From Octopus sinensis (Eukaryota): a stretch of DNA of 64,000 nt. The number at the start of each line of letters is the position of its first letter. The first letter of the stretch is position 1. The notes beneath the pieces were generated by a model. That model was not told the DNA's origin and searched no databases. It saw only the letters and a program-made list of their open reading frames with translations. Shown piece after piece: positions 13,171 through 64,000 of this stretch. Made by a program: the position numbers and the translations under genes. The stretch lies in contig NC_043000.1 in NCBI RefSeq assembly GCF_006345805.1, positions 12,772,001 through 12,836,000 of the forward strand, in the 5' to 3' direction.

Positions 13171-15436
13171 ATCATCATCATCATCATCATCATCGTTTAG
13201 CGTCCGCTTTCCATGCTGGCATGGGTTGGACGGTGCAACTGGGGTCTGGGAAGCCAGAAGGCTGCACCAGGCCCAGTCTGATCTGGCAATGTTTCTACGG
13301 CTGGATGCCCTTCCTAACGCCAACCACTCCATGAGTGTAGTGGGTGCTTTTTACGTGCCACCTGCACAGGTGCCAGACAAGTCTGGCAAACGGCCACGGT
13401 CGGATGGTGCCTTTTACGTGCCACCGGCACGGAGGCCAGGCGAGGCTGGCAACGGCCACGATCGGATGGTGCTTTTTACGTGCCACTGGCACGGAAGCCA
13501 GTCAGGGCGGCACTGGCAACGGCCACGTTTGGATGGTTCTCTTATGTGCCACCAGCACTGAATCACAGCGACAATTTCCATTCATGTTGATCGATTTTGA
13601 TTTTTGATTTTGTCATTTTTTGATTTTGATTTTCACTTGCCTCAACAGGTCTTCACAAGTAGGGTTTTGTGTCCCAAGAAGGAAAGGTATGCATAAGTGG
13701 ACTGAGGCCATGGGTGATGGTCTCACTTGTCCTGCCGGGTCTTCTCACGCACAGCATACTTCCAAAGGTCTCGGTCTCTAGTCATTTCCTCGGTAAGACC
13801 TAAAGTTCGAAGGTCGTGCTTCACCACCACATCCCAGGTTTTCCTGGGTCTGCCTCTTCCACAGATTCCCTCAACCGCTAGGGTGTGGCACTTTTTCACA
13901 CAGCTATCTTCATCCATTCTTGCCACATGCCCATACCAGCGCAAACGTCTCTCTTGCACACCGCAACTGATGCTTCTTAGTTCCAACTTCTCTCTCAAGG
14001 TACTTACACTCTGTCGAGTATGAACACTGACATTACACATCCATCGGAGCATACTGGCTTCATTTCTTGCGAGCTTACGCATATCCTCAGCAGTCACGGC
14101 CCATGTTTCACTGCCATGTAGCATGGCTGTTCATACACAAGCATCATACAGTCTACCTTTTACTCTAAGCGAGAGGCCTTTTGTCCCTAGCAGAAGTAAG
14201 AGCTCTCTGAACTTTGCCTAAGCTATTCTTACTCTAGCAGTTACACTTTCAACACACCCGCCCCCGCTACTGACTTGGTCACCAAGATAACGGAAGCTAT
14301 CAACTATTTCTAGTTTTTCTCCCTGGAAAGTGATGGAAGTTGGTCTCAGAGCATTTTCAGTGTTTATTGCTCCTGAGCATCTGCCACATACAAAAACTAT
14401 CTTCCTAGTTAGCCTTCCCTTGACGTTGCTGCACCTCTTGTGTGTCCATAGCTTACACCTGGTGCATCTTATAGAGTTTCTACCTATGCCTTTCCTACAG
14501 ATTGAGCAAGGCCATCTACCTGAAGGCGTTTGTGACTTGTCTACCTTCCTACTTATTAGGACTTTGGTTTTAGCTAGGTTGACTCTAAGGCTCTTCGATT
14601 CTAGTCCTTGCTTCCACACCTGAAACTTCTCCTCCAGTTCTGATAGTGACTCAGCAATTAGAGCAAGGTCATCAGCATAGAGGAGCTCCCAGGGGCATCC
14701 TGTCTTGAATTCCTCCGTTATTGCCTGGAGGACTACGATAAATAGGAGGGGGCTGAGGGCTGAACCTTGGTGGACCCCTACCTCTACCCGGAATTCTTCA
14801 CTGTACTCGTAGCCAACCCTCACCTTACTAGCAGCGTCCCTGTACATGGCTTGCACAGCTCTCACTAACCATTCATCTATCCCTAGTTTCCTCATTGACC
14901 ACCAGATAAGGGATCGGGAGACCCTGTCGAAAGCTTTCTCCATGTCAACGAAAGCCAGGTACAGGGGCTTATCTTTGGCTAGATATTTCTCCTGCAACTG
15001 TCTTACCAGGAATATGGCATCAGTGGTGCTTTTCCCTGGCACGAACCCAAACTGCATCTCATCTAAACTAACTCTCTCTCTAATTAGTTGGGCTATGACC
15101 CTCTCCGTAACCTTCATTACCTGATCCAACAGCTTGATACCTCTGTAATTATTTGTATCTAGGGCATCACCTTTACCTTTGTAGCAGTTGACTATTATGC
15201 TGCTACACCAGTCATTGGGTATGACTCCTTCGTGTATTACCTGGTTAACTATACGGGTGACTAGGCTATAGCCGACACTACCAGATATTTTGAGCATCTC
15301 TGCAGTAATTCCTGATGGGCCTGGGGCTTTCCCTGTCTTCATGCTTCTAATTGCCTCAATTACCAAGGAACTGTCAACTTGGATAGCTGGTCCCTCTGTT
15401 GGGTCGACATTCGGCAGACTCTCTTTATCCCATTCA
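13171..15436 (-). mobile_element. 5'-truncated RTE-clade LINE (RT domain, internal PHD-type finger, C-terminus, modular 3' UTR, (GAT)n tail)
   Basis: RT motifs KAPGPSG, QFGFVPGKSTTDAIF, FVDMEKAFDRV, GVHQGSALSPLLF, YADDL; RTE-type end GRGRPRKTW. One frame 15366 to 13723 with two in-frame stops (TAG at 14218, TGA at 14131) and no frameshift seen; the 16176 fragment reads AWAK where this copy has TAG. Confidence 0.93.
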
Positions 15437-15462
15437 ATTATATTTCACCCTTTATATGTATG

Positions 15463-15494
<32 letters not shown>

Positions 15495-15577
15495 ATAATG
15501 TTTGTCTTTATGTTGAAGTATAATAAAAAGAACTTAACATTAAACTGGAAAATTACTCTGTACTTTTTATAGAATAT

Positions 15578-15994
15578 AAGCACAGGAGTGGCTGTGTGGT
15601 AAGCAGCTTGCTTACCAACCACATGGTTCCGGGTTCAGTCCCACTGCATGGCACCTTGGGCAAGTGTCTTCTACAATAGCCTCGGGCCGACCAAGGCCTT
15701 GTGAGTGGATTTCATAGACGGAAACTGTAAGAAACCTGTCATATATATGTATGTGCATATGTATGTGTGTGTGTGTGTATGTGTTTGTGTGTCTGTGTTT
15801 GGCCCCCCCAACATTGCTTGACAACCGATGCTGGTGTTTTTACGTCCCCGTCACTTAGCGGTTCGGCAAAAAGAGACCGATAGAATAAGTACTGGGCTTA
15901 CAAAGAATAAGTCCTGGGGTCGATTTTTTTGACTAAAGGTGGTGCTCCAGCATGGCCACAGTCAAATGACTGAAACAAGTAAAAGAGTAAAAGA
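15578..15994 (+). mobile_element. CORE-SINE family A, full length
   Basis: As 9358. Confidence 0.88.
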
Positions 15995-16108
15995 ATACAT
16001 GTTTATCATACTTTTACAAGTAGTGACAGTAACTTCGAAGTTTCAGTCTGATATATATATATATACACACACACATATATACATATATAAATACATATAC
16101 ATACATAC

Positions 16109-16175
<67 letters not shown>

Positions 16176-16177
<2 letters not shown>

Positions 16178-16275
16178 TCTGAGAGTGTAGTGGCTAGAAT
16201 AAGAATAGCCTGGGCAAAGTTCAGGGACCTCCTACTTCTGTTGACAACTAGGGGCCTCTCGCTCAGAATGAAAGT
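16176..16275 (+). mobile_element. Short internal RTE ORF2 fragment
   Basis: Encodes SESVVARIRIAWAKFRDLLLLLTTRGLSLRMK, homologous to about 14160-14250 of the long copy. Confidence 0.8.
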
Positions 16276-16626
16276 TGAGCAAATCGACCCCAGGACTTAT
16301 TCCTTGTAAGCCTAGTACTTATTCTATCAGTCTATTTTTGCCAAACTGCTAAGCTACGGGGACATAAACACACCACCATCGGTTGTTGAGCGATGGTAGG
16401 TGGGGGGAACAAACACATACACACATACATATATACATCCATATATATATATACATACATATATACGACGGGCTTCTTTCAGTTTTTGTCTACCAAATCC
16501 ACTCACAAGGCTTTGGTCAGCCCGAGGATATAGTAGAAGACATTTGCCCGAGGTGCCACGCAGTGGGACTGAACCTGGAACCATGTGGTTGGTAAGCAAG
16601 CTACTGACTACACAGCCACTCCTGCC
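16276..16626 (-). mobile_element. CORE-SINE family A, 3'-truncated
   Basis: As 9358. Confidence 0.85.
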
Positions 16627-16939
16627 CCTCATTAATTAGTCTTTCATTTTTTAGGGGTTGATGAAATTGGTACCAATTGAGTAATGGGGTTGATGTAATT
16701 GATTAGCCCCCTCCTCCAAAATTTCAGGTTTTGTACCTATAACAGGAAAAGGTTATTATTATAGCAATATTTTCTCTGGTAGTTTCATATAAGTTTCTAT
16801 TGCAGCACCTGCATGTTCCTTAGGTGTGTGTGTGGCATTGTGTTCTTATTTTTGTGAGGATTGGGTGAGTATAGATAGCTTCTGTTGATGCCCTGCACCA
16901 GGTCTGTAAAGAGGTTTAGTTCCTCATATTAGTTTACAA

Positions 16940-17160
16940 GGCCCTTGTCAAGGCTGGCATGCAGACTCATTCCCCATTGAAGTAAGCTGCCACAGCTTTC
17001 CATCTAGATCAGTGCACTATTTGCTGCAGAAAATAGGTCTGGAACCCAGACAACTGAAGAAAGCCATCAAGAAATTAGGCACAGCAGTTGAAACTAGCTC
17101 AAAATGACTATGGCTGATAAGAAACTGCAAGTGGAATCCTTGTGGGTGAAAACTAGTTCA
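16940..17160 (+). mobile_element. C-terminal fragment of a restriction-like-endonuclease (HERO-like) non-LTR retrotransposon
   Basis: Frame from 16946 reads CQGWHADSFPIEVSCHSFPSRSVHYLLQKIGLEPRQLKKAIKKLGTAVETSSK*LWLIRNCKW, resembling the remembered GW..FPVEVGCRGF...SS.WLW end of HERO-type ORFs. Confidence 0.6.
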
Positions 17161-17540
17161 ATTCCTGCTGCCCCACTCCAAGCTGAAGCACTTGGGATTC
17201 TGAGACATCTGCTGACATCATGGAAGGGTTTCCAGCATTGCAACAGATTTGAAGAGATTGCACCAGCACTGAGCACCTCTTGCCGTTTTTGCAAGGGGCA
17301 AAGAATCTCTGATGTTTATTTCACCTATATTCTGTTGTGCGTCATGAGTGTAACGTGATCGGAGTTATTTTATTGGGCCTTTATGTTGTATAACATATAT
17401 TGAGTAAGTTGTGCTGCTTTAGGTTATTGGGTGCTTATTGTATTGGATGTGTGTTCTGTGTAAAGGTCACTCTATTTGAGCTATTTTCTAAAATTGATAG
17501 TGTCATATGCAAACTATGAGCTGTTACCATAGAGGTGAAT

Positions 17541-17868
17541 GGTGAAGGAGCTGGCTCAGTGGGCTCACAATCATGCGGTGGTGAGTTCAATTCCTGGACT
17601 GGGCTATGTATTGTGTTTTTGAGTAAGACGTTTTATTTCATGTTGCTCCAGTTCACTCAGCTGTAGAAATGAGTTGCGACATCACTGGTGCCAAGCTGTA
17701 TTGGCCTTTGCCTTTCTCTTGGATAACATCGGTGGCATGGAGAGGGGGAAGCTGGTATGCATGGGCAACTCTTGGTCTTCCATAAACAACCTTGTCTGGA
17801 CTTGTGCTTCAGAGGGTAACTTTCTAGGTGCAATCTCATGGTCATGCATGACTGAAGGAGGTCTTTAC
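17541..17868 (+). mobile_element. Older tRNA SINE family F
   Basis: Related copy in opposite orientation at 57415-57714. Confidence 0.7.
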
Positions 17869-18140
17869 TAGCAAAGCAGTTTTTTGGGCAGTGTCTAGTG
17901 TTGTGTACCTTGGCATAGCTTCAATGTTTCTTTACATATTTTTTTGTTATGGCTAATTATCTATGATCAACAGATCACAGAGAGGCTCCTTGTGTTACTG
18001 GTTGCCAACCTGTTACATTATTGTCTGATCATCAACTGCACTGATCTCACTGATATGGAAGGGCCTGCAAAGGTCATCAGCACTTTCTTTCTATCGTAGA
18101 CTATTTTTCTTTTTTACTTTTTGGAACTTAACCAAGACCT

Positions 18141-18815
18141 GTGTGCTCAAATATCTAGAATGGAGCTACCAGAAGCATCGGATGTGGTGTGCAGGAGAGA
18201 CGTTTGCATTGGTATGGTCATGTAATACGGATGATGAGGAGAGATGTGTGAAGAAGTGCCACTCCCAAACAGTTGAAGGAATCCAGGGTAGAGGTAGACC
18301 TAGGAAGACATTGGTTGAGGTGGTCAAGCATGACCTTCGAACGTTGGGCCTTATAGAGGCAATGACGAAAGACCAAGACCTCAGAAGATATGCTGTGACT
18401 GTGAAGACCTGACAAATGAAGTGAGTTCACGGCTTGCAGGATGGCCTGCTGTGCTTACCTTGGATCGTAGGGCGACCTGCTGTGCTTGAGGAGACCTATT
18501 GAGTCAAGTACGTCAACATCAAAATAAAAATCAAATGGAAATTGTAGTTGTGATACCTGTCCATAACAGTGGCACGTAAAAAGCACCAACCAATCATGGC
18601 TGTTGCCAGCCTCCTCTGGCCTCTGTGCCGGTGGCACGTAAAAAGCACCCACTACACTCACCGAGTGGTTTAGCATTGGGAAGGGCATCCAACTGTAGAA
18701 ACACTGCCAGATCAGACTGGAGCCTTGTGCAGCCTCCTGGCTTCCCAGACCCCAGTCAAACCGTCCAACCCATGCTAGCATGGAAAACGGACGTTAAACA
18801 ATGATGATGATGATG
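18141..18815 (+). mobile_element. 5'-truncated RTE copy (third subfamily) with ORF2 end
   Basis: Encodes CVKKCHSQTVEGIQGRGRPRKTLVEVVKHDLRTLGL...RYAVTVKT*, then 3' UTR and tail. Confidence 0.85.
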
Positions 18816-18998
18816 TAGAATATAACCAATTTATTGCATATAAATTTTAACAATAAAATCTTATATGGACCCTTGTTGAGAACCATTAGTTTAGACTGAA
18901 GTATAACATGCTAACTACAGTAAAATCTCTTACATAACAGATATAACTACAGTATGACATAACAGAGGCATAAACTATTAAACAAACTCTAAATTTAA

Positions 18999-20062
18999 CC
19001 CTTTCGTTACCAAACCGCCCGAAAAAAATTTTGGTTAATGTGACCAAGCCGCCCAAAACCACCCGAATTTACCTATTCATATTTAAATGAGAATATCAGA
19101 GCAAATCTCTTTAGTACATCCGTGAAAACACGTATTATACTTTGTAAAGAGTTTAACTACAGTTATGTACAAAAATCGAAGTGTAATTTTAATTCCATGA
19201 ATTTTGGGAGATTTTTTTCCGAAATTTGTTCCTATTGTGTTTTCAAAATTTGTAATTCTGACAAAAAATGGATACGAATTTCATTATATCAAGCAGCGAG
19301 TCAGAATTCGAAGGATTTTCTACTGAAGACCTTCATAAATCTAACTCTATGACTGAAAAAAAAAGCATGTGGTATTTGATAATGAATCTGATGTTTCATT
19401 TTCCGAAAGTGAAAACAGTGAATCCGAGAGCCCTGACAGCGATAAAGAAAATGAATTGGCACCTGAATGGAGTGAAAATTTAAAAACTGTTTCTTTCGGT
19501 GATTTTTCTGAAGAAACTGGACCAAGCCACAGACTTTCCCAGAAGAGTAAAGCCTTAGACTATTTCTTTTTACTTTTTCGAATGAGCCTATTTGAAATCA
19601 TTACGGCGGAAACGAACCGTTACGCTAAATGTAAACAAAACGAAAGAAAGTGGTTTCCCATAACCTTAAATGAAATTAAGACTATTTTGCCATAAATATT
19701 ATTATGGGTATCAGAAAGTTACCCAGAATAACAAATTCTATCGTAAAATTTTGTTGTATACCCAATTGAATATTAGCTAATAACCCATTTTCTATAGCGA
19801 TGTTTGAACAAAATTTTAATAATTTTATATTTTGTTGAATTTACCTGTATCTACCTGCAATTAGAGTCACTTTGTGACAAAAATTATAGTATAGAATTGG
19901 TTGAGAACATTTCATTAAATTATCTTCCAAAATTCACGTTAATATATTGATAAATAAAAAAGTTATAGTTGTTTAATGAAACCAGACTAAATTTATGATT
20001 GTTAGAAATTAATTGAAACACATAAGGGGTGTATTTTGGTCAGAAATATAGTAACGAAAGGG
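18999..20062 (+). mobile_element. Internally deleted piggyBac element with intact ends
   Basis: TTAA TSDs (18995-98, 20063-66); 12-bp perfect TIR ccctttcgttac; acidic S/E/D-rich N-terminus, then LDYFFLLF..LFEIITAETNRYA..WFPITLNEIK..FAINIIMGIRKLP. Confidence 0.88.
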
Positions 20063-20214
20063 TTAATGTAACAACACAACAGAATCAATATATACATGAC
20101 CACAGTACAGGCTCCAAATTTAACACAAATATAAGCAGAGTATAGAAAGAAGACGTAACAATCTAAATCCATCTTAAATACATTGACTTTAATCTTTCCT
20201 GAAGTATGATAAAA

Positions 20215-20220
20215 TTTATT
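20215..20220 (-). terminator. Candidate PRPF6 polyadenylation signal AATAAA
   Basis: tttatt on the plus strand, about 260 nt downstream of the stop codon; usage is inferred. Confidence 0.5.
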
Positions 20221-20481
20221 TACAGAATGAACTTTCAACCATTGAATGGAATTTCTGGAACACCAGAAGTATACATGAAAGCCACAGCTGACTCCCATCC
20301 ATGTGATCCCTATGAGAGAGTAGTGGCCGGGTGAAAAGGAACGGGGGCAGATGAAGTAACATATCAATATGTTGGAATAATGGATTTAATATTTCTAGTT
20401 GTTGAGAGAAAGTGAATGTATTGATAGATTCTATCCATTTAGCAGAAAAAATAAAATCTGCTTGTATGATGTCTGTAAGTA

Positions 20482-63481
<43,000 letters not shown>

Positions 63482-63529
63482 CTGGAAAGAAAGAGTGAAG
63501 TGTTAGTTAACAAATGATATATAAAGATA

Positions 63530-63870
63530 GATGTGGCTGTGTGTAAGAAGCTTGCTTCCCAACCACCTGATTTCAGGTTCAGTCCCACTGCATGACATCT
63601 TGGGCAAGTGTCTTCTCCGAAGGCCCTAGGGCCAATGAAAGCCTTGTGAATGGATTTGGTAAACAGAAACTGAAAGAAGCCAATCGTGTGTGCACTCACT
63701 ACACTCACGGAGTGGTTGGCATTAGGAAGGGCATCCAGCTGTAGAAACACTGCCAGATCAGACTGGAGCCTGGTGCAGCCTTCTGGCTTCCCAGACCCCA
63801 GTTGAACTATCCAACCCATGCTAGCATGGAAAACGGATGTTAAACGATGATGATAATGATGATGATGATT
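63530..63870 (+). mobile_element. CORE-SINE head directly followed by an RTE 3' end
   Basis: tRNA-like head with cttgggcaagtgtcttct to ~63690, then the RTE tail. Confidence 0.8.
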
Positions 63871-64000
63871 GCGTGACTGTTGTGAATGAGTATTTCCAGA
63901 CTATTTCAAATACTCACAAAATGTTCCCAGTATTCTGTGAGAACATGTCTGGCCATGGAGAAATATGACCTCGCTTGAATCAGGTGAGGGTTGGAAACAG

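Overview
Eukaryotic, repeat- and microsatellite-dense genomic DNA. The SINE, LINE and microsatellite content suggests a coleoid cephalopod, most likely Octopus (inference). One protein-coding gene is supported: PRPF6 (U5 snRNP 102-kDa splicing factor) on the minus strand. Nineteen coding exons were reconstructed by hand (63481 down to the stop at 20482; 2184 nt, 727 aa + stop), all with GT-AG introns and consistent phases; the 5' part of the gene lies beyond the window. The rest is mobile DNA and simple repeats: a 5'-truncated RTE LINE with a C4HC3 PHD-type finger inside ORF2, many short RTE 3' ends, CR1-type and HERO-like LINE fragments, several tRNA-derived SINE families, a solo LTR, Tc1, mariner, maT, pogo-like, piggyBac and Merlin-like DNA elements, Helitron/Helentron-type elements, two ~380-bp fold-back palindromes and several tandem arrays. 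The best leads are the PHD finger in the RTE reverse transcriptase, one SINE head paired with two different LINE tails (both partner LINE types are in the window), Penelope-like fold-back palindromes and an intronic pre-miRNA-like hairpin. Family names come from motif recognition, not database searches.
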